This document shows, piece by piece, positions 1-9,800 of a stretch of DNA of 64,000 bases (the first letter of the stretch is position 1; each line of letters opens with the position of its first letter). The stretch is from a virus (taxonomy: Duplodnaviria; Caudoviricetes). The notes under the pieces are model-generated. The model did no database searches, was not told the DNA's origin, and worked only from the letters and a program-made list of their open reading frames with translations. The stretch covers positions 561 through 64,560 of IMG/VR virus record IMGVR_UViG_3300032138_000013; one strand, given 5' to 3'. A program made the translations under genes and the position numbers.

Positions 1-1
1 A

Positions 2-319
2 GAAGGTGTTACTGATATTCAACGAAAACAAACCGCCCCAACCACGGTCAATCAAAACATAGCCCTCGGCTCCAGCTTGGGCGTATCAGGCGTAACAGAC
101 ATCACAAGAGTGACAACACCCGCCGCCACCTCGGCAACAGCGCCCGCTCCCACAACAACTGTAAGCCGAGAAACTTCTTTTGGCACAAATATTACTCGCG
201 AGGGAGTGCAAGTTCCAGAAACCGAAGTTGCAGATAATGTAAACACCAATAGTGGCACTAATATGACACAACAAGGTGTTGTAAAAGGCAAATCTAAATC
301 AACAGGCATTAAAAAGTAA
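2..319 (+). CDS. 3' end of a Thr/Ser-rich protein that begins upstream of the window
   Basis: Frame is open from position 2 (EGVTDIQRKQ...) to TAA at 317-319; low-complexity T/A/S tail. Confidence 0.7.
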   Translation, partial: EGVTDIQRKQTAPTTVNQNIALGSSLGVSGVTDITRVTTPAATSATAPAPTTTVSRETSFGTNITREGVQVPETEVADNVNTNSGTNMTQQGVVKGKSKSTGIKK

Positions 320-354
320 ACAATAAATGAAACGAGCGAATATTTAATAAAGAT

Positions 355-1437
355 ATGGAATTTTTCAACAAAAAAGAAGAAGTGATAGATTTACAGCTTA
401 CCCAATATGGTAAATATCTGTTATCACAAGGATCCTTGAAGCCTGTATACTATGCTTTTTATGATGAAGGCATTGTTTATGATTCAAACTATGCAGGTTT
501 TGCCGAGATACAAAATAACGCTAAAGATCGTATTCAAAACGACTCTCCAAATCTAAAAGCTTTTCATAACTTTCATAGCATTCAAGACGATCTTGCCAAA
601 GCAGTTGAAGTTAAATACTCAGGCAATGAAAAGCTTGCTCAGTCAATGATACAACAAACGCCTGAAAAGATGCAAACTTTAACAAAGCCCCTTGCCAACT
701 CTGACTTGGCTACAAACAATGCTCCCGCTTGGAACATTTCTTTGCTAAGCGGTAAGATCTTAACTGGAAGCACCACATCTACACTTACTTTGAGCAGTTC
801 CGCAACAATATTAAACATTCCGCAGATAGAGGTAGAGATTAAATACAGCCCCAGAGTTAAAGATTCAAGCACTTTTACAGAAGATGGTGCAGAACAAAAT
901 ATTATAGAGTATTTTGATGTTCGTGTTTTTGATGATGGAACTTACATTTCAGTAGATAAAGATAATTTAATATTTCAAATTATTGAAGAAAATGTTCCCT
1001 TAAATAACGATAACTTTGAGATAGAGTTTTTTGCCCTTGAAGATGTTAAGGGGAATGGGAAAGTTAAAAATACTACATTCACTCAGAAAGCCCAACAACT
1101 TAAACTTCTAATAGAACCAGACTTGGTTGTTAATGACATTTTAATTGATGAAGCAGTGGGAAATGTTTTACCAGTATCGGAAATTGATAGTAGCTTTGCT
1201 GATTATTATTTTGATATTGAAGCAGATGATGAAATTGATGCGTCTATAATTTGTGAATTAATTAAGAATGGCGACAAAGACAAATATAAATTTGCTAGAA
1301 AAGATTTTGAATGTCCAGACATTCAACCCAACTATAAGTTAACCAACCCATATCCACAGAAGGAACAGGACAGTCAATGTGCCGATGTGTATGTTAGTGA
1401 GGATGAGTCTCGCCCGTCTAACGAGGAGAGTGAATAA
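355..1437 (+). CDS. Putative virion structural protein; N-terminus paralogous to 7163..8077
   Basis: VIDLQLTQYGKYLLSQG..KPVYYAFYDEGIVYD aligns with ILDAVLTDTGRMRLAKG..KIAKFALGDDEINYE; late-type motif AATATTTA at 339-346. Confidence 0.55.
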   Translation: MEFFNKKEEVIDLQLTQYGKYLLSQGSLKPVYYAFYDEGIVYDSNYAGFAEIQNNAKDRIQNDSPNLKAFHNFHSIQDDLAKAVEVKYSGNEKLAQSMIQQTPEKMQTLTKPLANSDLATNNAPAWNISLLSGKILTGSTTSTLTLSSSATILNIPQIEVEIKYSPRVKDSSTFTEDGAEQNIIEYFDVRVFDDGTYISVDKDNLIFQIIEENVPLNNDNFEIEFFALEDVKGNGKVKNTTFTQKAQQLKLLIEPDLVVNDILIDEAVGNVLPVSEIDSSFADYYFDIEADDEIDASIICELIKNGDKDKYKFARKDFECPDIQPNYKLTNPYPQKEQDSQCADVYVSEDESRPSNEESE

Positions 1438-4400
1438 TGGCTGAATGTACATTATTTGGCGGGCTTGTTCCGAATGTTTATATTGATAAGGTTTTTATTG
1501 AAGAGTCGCAGGTTGACACCAATAATGATGGCGTCATAGATTTACAAACGCCCAAGATAACCATAAACTTAAGACTTGTTGATCAGCTTAGTGCGAACGG
1601 AACTTATTCAATGTTAGAAGACGCTTTAGAAGTGCAACTTAAAATAGGAGAAGCCAGCGTATCAACTATCAATTTAAAATCTTATTTCAAAGTTTGGTGT
1701 GTAATTTCAGATTCGCAAACTCTAACAGATCAATTTGAAGTTATCTTTGAGAAGGGTGTAAATTCAGGTAAATTTCAGTGGAGCAACTATATTGGAACGG
1801 GCAAATCCGAAAGTAAAACCTTAACTAATTTTGTTTCTACATACACCAATCCAGATGGCAGTATAGAGATTAACACGCCATATGCTTTTGATCTTGATAC
1901 AAACAAGCCAGTAGAACATTTAAGTATATTTGCTTATGTGCAACTTGATACCGATTCTTTAGAAGCAGATTTTAATATTGACTTGCCAGAGGAATTCACG
2001 AATATTGTTGGTAGATTTGAACAAGAGATAGTGATTAAAAATTCGGTTGTTAATCCTGCTCTTAGGGCATATCTTACCGAAGGTGGGGCAATCTGGAACG
2101 GACCTGTTCATATCAAACCTGTCACCTTCACGATAAACAATCCCCCGCCGCCTGTATATATGGAAGGGTCCAGTCATCGTTCAGAAGCTCACGGCACATT
2201 AACCAAAACAGAATTCGCAATAAACAATGTGCAAGATTTTAGAATCAGAGACGAAATAAATGTTTTAGTTGCAGAATTCGAAGCACTAACAACTTTACAA
2301 AATAGTTTCCCAGGGCAAAAAGATATATTTGACAGACTTTCTTCTGGAAACTCATATTTTTCAGAACTTTCTATAACAAAAGATGAGCGTCGAAATACAA
2401 GATTCTTATTTGCTTTTGATTATGGAAAATACATTCTTGAAAACTCTAAGTATTCAGCATTTATTTCACGAATGAGCGCTACCGCTAAAAAACAAATTAT
2501 TAATAATTCACAAATAACTCAATTCATTATGAGTAAAAAACAAGTTAAACGTATTCCTGCTCGAAACCGACTGGGCTCTCCTGTCCAGAATTCTATATTG
2601 AATGACGAAACAATGGTAACGCCAGTAATATTATCGCTTGATGATGAGAATATCAACGAGATTAATTTAATTTTAACAGATCAAACCACAACATCTGATT
2701 CGTTGGTGAGATACTTTACTGGTGTTGATATAGGCTCAGGCGGCAAGTCAGATGGAAATTACCAATATCTTATAGACATTGAGGTTCTTGATGGTTTTAT
2801 TCCAATAATGCAAAGTCTATACAGCAAGATGTCAAATGCAAACACTGACTACCAAAAGTATGTAGTTTTAGCACAAATTCCCAATGTTTATGATGACACC
2901 TCAAGAAAGTTTACGACATGGGGGCAAACTCAAATGGCTGACGCCGCGAGGCAGTTGGGATCTTGGGAACAAGGCTTCGGTCTTGAAGGGATAATTGATA
3001 CATATTTGGACACTCTTGATTATTTTGTTGACGTTGGCAATACCCCAATTTCAGAATACGGCGGTCTTACCCAAAAACAGTTTTATAAACTTAAAATACT
3101 AAATCTTATAACTCCATCCAGCGGCGGCATTGATGGGCTTTTGATTTTCAACAATCTTATATCTTCACTCTTATCACAAATAAATGATATAATGAGTGCT
3201 GAACACAGCAGTGGCGGAGTTGAAGACACTTTATCAAACCAGCCATCTGGTGGAACTTCTGGGTTTAAAATTCAAACAATGAGGATTAAAGAAGATTTTG
3301 ATAACACAATCGGCGTAAGATTTTTAAATGATTCTTATATTGATAATATAAGCGCAAATAAAAATAGATCATTCGCCGGGTTAACAAACTATAGTCTAAG
3401 TGAATTATCCAACCCTACACAAACAATCTTTCCAGAAGTTGTTGTTTTTAGCGGACTATCTCAGCAAGAATTATTAGACCAGCAGTCGGAACAAGAAACA
3501 TCATTGGCTAAAGCGGGAATAAACATAACATTTCAAGCCGAAGCTGTGCAGCCTTTCTCAAAAGCTAATGCTAAACAAGCTGTAGCCGCTAACCTCGCCT
3601 CCAAAGACACGGGTAAGCTTCAATCATCAGCAAACTTTCTTGGAGCCAAGTCCTTTGGTGTTGATAGGAATCTAAATACAGCCAATCTTAGTGCTGATGC
3701 TATAGAGGTTAAAACTTTCGATACGTCTATAAAGACAGATGCATCGGCAATGGAATATAATAGATCCTTTCTTTCAGAACTACCGGCTAAAGAAGAAGCT
3801 TTAACTCCGCCATTCAATTCAGTTGAAGTTTTAACCGGATTTGTTATTCCCGAAACTGTTGAATTCAGAGGTCAACAACTCATGAGTAATAAATATATGA
3901 TAAGACAAGAAAAATATCAAATAAAAGAACTTGGTGAGTTAGTCGTCCCAGATGCTATAGATAATAGTTTCTTTTTGTGCCGTCAACCCCGCCAAGGCGA
4001 TATAGATATTATTGATAGTTTCTTTTTAGTAAAAGCATCGTCTGTTCCATTAACAGTTGATCAAAAAATCGCTGACTCTGGTATAACGCAAGGCAATTTC
4101 GTGGGAGATGGCACAATCGAGGACAAACGAACCCTTGATCAAAAAATCGCTGACTCTGGTATAACGCAAGGCAATTTCGTGGGAGATGGCACAATCGAGG
4201 ACAAACGAACCCTTGATCAAAAAATCGCTGACTCCGGTTTAACGCAAGGCAATTTCGTGGGAGATGGCACAATCGAGGACAAACGCTCAACCCTTGAACA
4301 AAATATCGCTGACTCCGGTTTAACACAAGGCAATTTCGTTATGGATAATGCATCAAGCACAGCCGCCGTCCTGGCAGCGCAGGCATCCATGAACAGTGGG

Positions 4401-4529
4401 TTTGAAACAATTGATCTTTCCTCTGGGACAAGACAGGTAGTAAGTAACAAGAATATTCAGCAAAGCGTTCAAAAGACAGCGGTTGTCCAAACCGCACAGT
4501 ATTCAACAAATTATACGAGGAAGTACTAA
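1437..4529 (+). CDS. Large uncharacterised protein (1030 aa), probably virion-associated, with a C-terminal tandem repeat
   Basis: Long ORF coupled to the upstream stop (TAATG), in a block of structural-type genes. Confidence 0.6.
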   Translation: MAECTLFGGLVPNVYIDKVFIEESQVDTNNDGVIDLQTPKITINLRLVDQLSANGTYSMLEDALEVQLKIGEASVSTINLKSYFKVWCVISDSQTLTDQFEVIFEKGVNSGKFQWSNYIGTGKSESKTLTNFVSTYTNPDGSIEINTPYAFDLDTNKPVEHLSIFAYVQLDTDSLEADFNIDLPEEFTNIVGRFEQEIVIKNSVVNPALRAYLTEGGAIWNGPVHIKPVTFTINNPPPPVYMEGSSHRSEAHGTLTKTEFAINNVQDFRIRDEINVLVAEFEALTTLQNSFPGQKDIFDRLSSGNSYFSELSITKDERRNTRFLFAFDYGKYILENSKYSAFISRMSATAKKQIINNSQITQFIMSKKQVKRIPARNRLGSPVQNSILNDETMVTPVILSLDDENINEINLILTDQTTTSDSLVRYFTGVDIGSGGKSDGNYQYLIDIEVLDGFIPIMQSLYSKMSNANTDYQKYVVLAQIPNVYDDTSRKFTTWGQTQMADAARQLGSWEQGFGLEGIIDTYLDTLDYFVDVGNTPISEYGGLTQKQFYKLKILNLITPSSGGIDGLLIFNNLISSLLSQINDIMSAEHSSGGVEDTLSNQPSGGTSGFKIQTMRIKEDFDNTIGVRFLNDSYIDNISANKNRSFAGLTNYSLSELSNPTQTIFPEVVVFSGLSQQELLDQQSEQETSLAKAGINITFQAEAVQPFSKANAKQAVAANLASKDTGKLQSSANFLGAKSFGVDRNLNTANLSADAIEVKTFDTSIKTDASAMEYNRSFLSELPAKEEALTPPFNSVEVLTGFVIPETVEFRGQQLMSNKYMIRQEKYQIKELGELVVPDAIDNSFFLCRQPRQGDIDIIDSFFLVKASSVPLTVDQKIADSGITQGNFVGDGTIEDKRTLDQKIADSGITQGNFVGDGTIEDKRTLDQKIADSGLTQGNFVGDGTIEDKRSTLEQNIADSGLTQGNFVMDNASSTAAVLAAQASMNSGFETIDLSSGTRQVVSNKNIQQSVQKTAVVQTAQYSTNYTRKY
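4057..4339 (+). repeat. In-frame 78-nt (26-aa) tandem repeat, three full copies plus a partial fourth
   Basis: Copies start at 4057, 4135, 4213 and 4294 and encode DQKIADSG(I/L)TQGNFVGDGTIEDKRTL; the first two are identical in DNA. Confidence 0.95.
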
Positions 4530-4532
4530 CAC

Positions 4533-7091
4533 ATGACAATTAAAAAATGTGATGACAGCGCCACCAGCGAAAACGGTGACGCCGACGATGCTACCAATGG
4601 TGCCACCAACGGCAACGAAAAACGGAAACGCCGCCGTAGAAAAAAGACAAATATAAAAGAACAAACATACCTTGGCAAAACTTTAGAATTAGTTGAGCGA
4701 GGTGTCTATGATGATATATCCTTTACGGATATCCTGCTGGGTCGCTATAATGATAATGTTATAGAAACTTTCGGCAACGGCAATATAAGAGAAAAACGAC
4801 CTATAGATATCACAGACCCCTTAAGAGCAGAGTTAAGAGCGTTTTTTGTTACCGATGAAGAAGGCAGAATGACATACCTCAAAAATATGTCAAATGATGC
4901 TTACGGAGATTCAGCAATCAATATAGTTCCGATACAAGATGCTCAAGAGGCTTCAGTCTCAGGGCGTATGTTTAAAAAATACACGCAAGATTTCTCGGCT
5001 GTTAGTTATAAATTTTACCGAAATACGGGGGATGAGACTATAACAGATGCGAACCTCGCTAAAGCTTGGGGTCACTTTGTTGGTGGCGGAACAGATGAGG
5101 TCACTGGACTATCTAGACCTTCTCAATTAATTGATATGAGCAAGACCTTTACCGATCACTATACAAATATTGTAGTGCCCTTTTCACAAGATGAGTTAGA
5201 TCGCTATATAAGCAACGTTAACAACCCAGCTTATGCTGATGTGGACCCCATATACAATTTTTATATTACTGGCTATGAAGAAAGAATAAGGTCCGAAGAT
5301 ATTAAAGAATATGAATTACCAAATCTATATTCTGAAATAACCAAGCAAGATAGCACACTTCAACAAGCTCTTTCAAAACTTGGTTCGGGTGTTGATTATA
5401 TCAATGGAGTCTCAGCAGGTGGTTTCGAAATCATCGCGAAAACTGCTAAATTCCGTAATATAGGGATCCCAACCACACAGGTGGAAGCTTTATTGGACGG
5501 CAAAAACTTTGACGATGTGTATCCAATGAACAACTCTTTGGAAATGAAAACAGATAAAACAGGTCAGTTTCTTATTGCTGCTGAAATTTCTGGAATGACC
5601 GATAGTCTTTTAAAACTAATAATGAACGAATCAATTGTTTTCGGCACAGATGTTGCTCCAAACTCTGCACTCAATGCTCTTTCTTTTGCAATCTCAAATG
5701 AACAAGTTGCTGTGTCGGATTCTTTCTGGTCCTCGGACGCAAGCTATAAAATCAAAGCGGATATAAGCGAACAAAAAGTACCTCTTATTGATTTTGAATC
5801 GTGGCTATCCACTTATTTTGATGAAAACAATTCTTATGAGTTGAATACAAACTTTAATACTGAAACAATTTTACTTGGACTGCCCGTAAGTTCTTCAGAA
5901 GCTCCAGACGATTGTAACGCATTTGCCAATACTTTATTATCGCTTATACTTCTTGGAAGGATTAATCAGATTGTTGAAGACAATTTTAGAACATTTGAAG
6001 AAATGCTACAGGGAAAAGAAGCTTATAACGAAACTTTGGTATATGAGATCAGAAAGAAATCAGTTAACGCTGGCGCTACACAGTCTGTGTTTGTTCCAAA
6101 TACAGAAGCTCTTGATATTCTTAGCTATATTGATACACAAGTTAAGTATAACAAGGAATACACATATTCTGTATACGCACATCAATTGATTCTTGGAACG
6201 GAATACAAATACACTAATTTTACTGGTAATACAACTTATTCAGAATACGGAGCCTCAACTCAATTCTCGGTTGAATATAGACCCTCTCTTAAGATTGCTC
6301 AAATTCCAGTATATACACAGAAAACAAAAATCTTAGACAGCGCTCCTATTTCTCCAAATGTTGATATCATTCCTTTTAAAGGTGTAACCAACCAGCTTCT
6401 TATCAATTTGTCCGCCAATGTTGGTGACTATGACTTACAGCCAGTTATAATTAATGACCGCGATGCCAAGTTTGCTAGCGAATTCAGAAAAGCCAGAAAG
6501 TTGCTTCCAAGGGAACCAATTAAATTTAAGTCAGATGACCTTGTTCAGCGCTTTGAAATTTATAGAATGGATACCCCGCCAAAATCATATAAAGATTTCA
6601 ATAATAATTTATTAACATTTGCTAAAAGCGATGTCGCTACATCAATATCTTTTCTTGATAGTGTTGTTCCAAATCAGAAATATTATTATACTTTCCGAGG
6701 AATTGATGTCCACGGAAATCGCTCAAACCCAACAGAGGTTTACCAAACTGAGTTAGTTCAGTTTGAGGGTATGATATTTTTTGAGATGAGAATATACAAT
6801 TTTGGAGAAGTAGTAGAATATAATAATGTAAAGACAGAAAGGGAATTTAGAAGATATCTTAAGGTTAATCCAAATTTAATTCAGTCAATAATTAATTATG
6901 AACAAAGTATTCCAGATGGTAGCACTGACTCTGCTTATAATGCTGTCAAGGTTTCTTTAGGCAAGGCAGAACAATCTGTTTGGAATAAAAAGTTTAAGAT
7001 AAGAGTGACTTCTAAAAACTCTGGTAAAAAATTTGATATCAATCTTACCTGCAAAGTAAGACAAAATAGAAAAAAACGATCTAACGGATAA
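4533..7091 (+). CDS. Large uncharacterised virion-type protein with an FN3/Ig-like C-terminal region
   Basis: RFEIYR...FLDSVVPNQKYYYTFRGIDVHGNRSNP resembles the end of a fibronectin type III domain. Confidence 0.5.
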   Translation: MTIKKCDDSATSENGDADDATNGATNGNEKRKRRRRKKTNIKEQTYLGKTLELVERGVYDDISFTDILLGRYNDNVIETFGNGNIREKRPIDITDPLRAELRAFFVTDEEGRMTYLKNMSNDAYGDSAINIVPIQDAQEASVSGRMFKKYTQDFSAVSYKFYRNTGDETITDANLAKAWGHFVGGGTDEVTGLSRPSQLIDMSKTFTDHYTNIVVPFSQDELDRYISNVNNPAYADVDPIYNFYITGYEERIRSEDIKEYELPNLYSEITKQDSTLQQALSKLGSGVDYINGVSAGGFEIIAKTAKFRNIGIPTTQVEALLDGKNFDDVYPMNNSLEMKTDKTGQFLIAAEISGMTDSLLKLIMNESIVFGTDVAPNSALNALSFAISNEQVAVSDSFWSSDASYKIKADISEQKVPLIDFESWLSTYFDENNSYELNTNFNTETILLGLPVSSSEAPDDCNAFANTLLSLILLGRINQIVEDNFRTFEEMLQGKEAYNETLVYEIRKKSVNAGATQSVFVPNTEALDILSYIDTQVKYNKEYTYSVYAHQLILGTEYKYTNFTGNTTYSEYGASTQFSVEYRPSLKIAQIPVYTQKTKILDSAPISPNVDIIPFKGVTNQLLINLSANVGDYDLQPVIINDRDAKFASEFRKARKLLPREPIKFKSDDLVQRFEIYRMDTPPKSYKDFNNNLLTFAKSDVATSISFLDSVVPNQKYYYTFRGIDVHGNRSNPTEVYQTELVQFEGMIFFEMRIYNFGEVVEYNNVKTEREFRRYLKVNPNLIQSIINYEQSIPDGSTDSAYNAVKVSLGKAEQSVWNKKFKIRVTSKNSGKKFDINLTCKVRQNRKKRSNG

Positions 7092-7162
7092 ATGTTAATC
7101 ATTAAATTTTGGCACTTTAATCTAATTAAATACTAATTAATAACGACATGGAGAATATATAA

Positions 7163-8077
7163 ATGGCATTTCTTGATAATTCGGGTGACATCATCCTCGA
7201 CGCAGTTCTAACAGACACAGGAAGGATGAGATTGGCAAAGGGCGATGGCTCTTTCAAAATCGCTAAATTCGCTCTTGGAGACGATGAAATTAACTATGAG
7301 CTTTTTGATAAGAACCACCCAAGTGGTTCAGCATATTATGACATTGAAATTCTGCAAACCCCAGTTTTAGAAGCTTTTACCAACAACACCTCAGTGTTGA
7401 AATCAAAGCTTCTTTCAATTTCCAGAACAAACTTGCTTTATTTGCCAGTTATGTTAAAGAACACTACTGTTGGTCTACAGAAAAATACGAGTGGAACAGC
7501 TAATTCACTTGTTGTTTTAGTTGATAAAACTACCGACGACAAATTTAAAAAAGGCGACCGACCATACTTGGCAGGTAACAACTTAGGCGCATACTCAGGC
7601 ACCCCCATCATTATCGATCAGGGCATTGCAAACAATGCTATTGGAGATGGTTCTGAGGTTCCTCTTGACGCAGATCTTGTAGAGACGCAATATATTATTG
7701 AAATTGATAACCGCTTAGGATATCTTGCGGACCCAGACTCTGCAACTGCCGCAACCCCTTCGTTTGTTGACGACGACAATATTGCTTCTTATTATATATC
7801 TACCACAACGAATACAGTCTTTTTCAATCGGCCGCAAGGCACAAATATGGGCAATGAGATGTTAGCTGGACCTCGCGGCTCAAGATTGGCTTTCTTAATT
7901 GGACCATCTACCAACTTGGCTACAAGCACATACTTATTTACGCAACTTGGCTCAACAAGCACTTTTGGCGCTGCTGCCGTGGGTGTAAGCCATATTGATA
8001 CAACTATAAGAATTACTGGGGCAACAACCGGATATAGAGTTGATCTCCCAATCAGATTTATTAAGTATACAGCATAA
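7163..8077 (+). CDS. Putative virion structural protein, N-terminus resembling tail-collar/fibre-attachment proteins
   Basis: VLTDTGRMRLAKG..FKIAKFALGDD pattern; GGAG Shine-Dalgarno; late-type motif at 7132. Confidence 0.55.
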   Translation: MAFLDNSGDIILDAVLTDTGRMRLAKGDGSFKIAKFALGDDEINYELFDKNHPSGSAYYDIEILQTPVLEAFTNNTSVLKSKLLSISRTNLLYLPVMLKNTTVGLQKNTSGTANSLVVLVDKTTDDKFKKGDRPYLAGNNLGAYSGTPIIIDQGIANNAIGDGSEVPLDADLVETQYIIEIDNRLGYLADPDSATAATPSFVDDDNIASYYISTTTNTVFFNRPQGTNMGNEMLAGPRGSRLAFLIGPSTNLATSTYLFTQLGSTSTFGAAAVGVSHIDTTIRITGATTGYRVDLPIRFIKYTA

Positions 8078-8091
8078 TTTAGGATTTAAAC

Positions 8092-9153
8092 ATGGCAACA
8101 ACTTTTAAAACATTAACAGCAAATGACGTAACAAATACGAGAACTTTGCTCCACGAAGCAATTCCACTAACAGGGACAATTGTTTCTGGAACTTATACTG
8201 ACCAAAATGTTAAAACATATACTCACGGAATGTTTGAGTCTGTTTATGATTATCCTTACTTAAGTTCGTCTGCCAACCATATTATTGATATTACTGCCGG
8301 ATATTCTTCTAATTCGGGACATTCTGGTTCCGGTGTACAAAACTCCAAAAAGATTAATATTTATAATCAAATGGCTGCTGTTCTTGTTGGTCACGACGCC
8401 ACTGGCTCAATCCAGGCTTTCGATCAAGATGGTGACATCGCTGGCGGAGGACAAAAATTAGAGGAAGTCTTCTTTCTAAACACTTCCAGATTGTTGACAA
8501 AAGATGAGATTAAAAAAGGCAGCTTTACGATTACCATTTTAACTGGTGGCGTTCCAAGTTCTGCTTCACCAAATGTTCTCACAAGCCCACTAACTCTTGG
8601 TGATTATGGAGCAGCGACAAGCTACTATGTTAATTCCCCAGCGGGAGAGTATGCCATACTTTATACTTCTTCGGCTACACCCCACGCCGCTTCTGGATAC
8701 GGACTTTTGTATTATCAAGCAGGCGTTGCTGTTATCAGCGGAAACGTTTGGAGAGCAGATGATACCGGCGCAGGTTCGGGCTCATGCCTGGGACCAGGCT
8801 TTGAGTCTGCTTCATTCGATAACTTGATGACCGGCTCTACAATCGAAGTTATGGCGGACTCAGTTAGAAATCGTATTAAGGAGATCTCCTTTAACAACAC
8901 AGTTGAATTGAACTCCTCAATCTACTTCTGTAGAGCAAACAACAATGAGTTCAATTATAGTTCAAATCCAACTTATCTTACTTCAAGCGAGATCCGTGTA
9001 AAGAACACAACTTCTGATAATCCCGTGGCTTATATTACAACAGTGGGTCTTTACTCTTCAGACAATGAGTTACTCGCAGTTGCCAAATTAAGTGAGCCAC
9101 TTAAGAAAGATCCAAATACCGAACTGACGATTCGAGTTCGCTTAGATTACTAA
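8092..9153 (+). CDS. Putative virion structural protein, paralog of 9801..10988
   Basis: Shared EFNYSSNPTY / ELNHSNNPTF and C-terminal YITTVGLYSSDNELLAVAKL..P.KK / YISSIGIYDENKNLIGIAKV..P.KK. Confidence 0.6.
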   Translation: MATTFKTLTANDVTNTRTLLHEAIPLTGTIVSGTYTDQNVKTYTHGMFESVYDYPYLSSSANHIIDITAGYSSNSGHSGSGVQNSKKINIYNQMAAVLVGHDATGSIQAFDQDGDIAGGGQKLEEVFFLNTSRLLTKDEIKKGSFTITILTGGVPSSASPNVLTSPLTLGDYGAATSYYVNSPAGEYAILYTSSATPHAASGYGLLYYQAGVAVISGNVWRADDTGAGSGSCLGPGFESASFDNLMTGSTIEVMADSVRNRIKEISFNNTVELNSSIYFCRANNNEFNYSSNPTYLTSSEIRVKNTTSDNPVAYITTVGLYSSDNELLAVAKLSEPLKKDPNTELTIRVRLDY

Positions 9154-9165
9154 ATTCCAACAGAT

Positions 9166-9783
9166 GTGGGAACAAGAGATAAAAAATATAATAACCTCTT
9201 GTTGGAATTAAAGTATTTGTATGCTAAAATAGATTATAGTGATGAAATCTATCAGCAAGCAAAAAGAGATTTTGAAGAATATACGATTGCTTTCTGCAAA
9301 GAACATAACATTGATATTGAGGGAACAACAATAACCAATGAGGAAGTGACGGATTTGGATGTGTCTCGTAATAAATTATACGATACCGTTTGTATCGGCA
9401 GTGAAAATCTCAGCGAGTTTTGTAAATTGTTATTTAAAAAGATCGCAATAAAGACACATCCAGACAAACTACTGTCTTTAAGTGAAGATGAAAAAGAAAG
9501 AAAGAGCGAACTATTTAAGAAAGCAAGCAAGGCATTAAGCCAAAACAAATGGTTTATCCTTACTCAAGTTGCTGCGGAGTTAAAAATAGAAGTTCCAAAA
9601 CCAGATCAACAGCAAGTAGAGTTACTACAAAAAGAGACAGAAACAATAAAAACACACATACAAGACATGGAAGAAACATACGCTTGGCACTTGTTCAACG
9701 AGGCAGACGAATCCAGAAGACGAACGTTAATGATGGTTTATCTAAAGAATTTTGGAATTGATGTGACGAAAGATCACAATTAA
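9166..9783 (+). CDS. J-domain (DnaJ-like) co-chaperone
   Basis: LFKKIAIKTHPDK has the J-domain helix II-HPD motif, followed by ELFKKASKAL (helix III-like). Confidence 0.7.
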   Translation: MGTRDKKYNNLLLELKYLYAKIDYSDEIYQQAKRDFEEYTIAFCKEHNIDIEGTTITNEEVTDLDVSRNKLYDTVCIGSENLSEFCKLLFKKIAIKTHPDKLLSLSEDEKERKSELFKKASKALSQNKWFILTQVAAELKIEVPKPDQQQVELLQKETETIKTHIQDMEETYAWHLFNEADESRRRTLMMVYLKNFGIDVTKDHN

Positions 9784-9800
9784 ATCTAATTACTACACAT

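Noticed and set aside
4057-4339. Possible CRISPR array (also considered 61270-61701)
   Set aside because: The units are contiguous in-frame coding repeats with no unique spacers, and there are no cas genes.
4610-4650. KRKRRRRKK resembling a nuclear localisation signal
   Set aside because: The context is a bacteriophage; a basic nucleic-acid-binding or disordered patch is the simpler reading.
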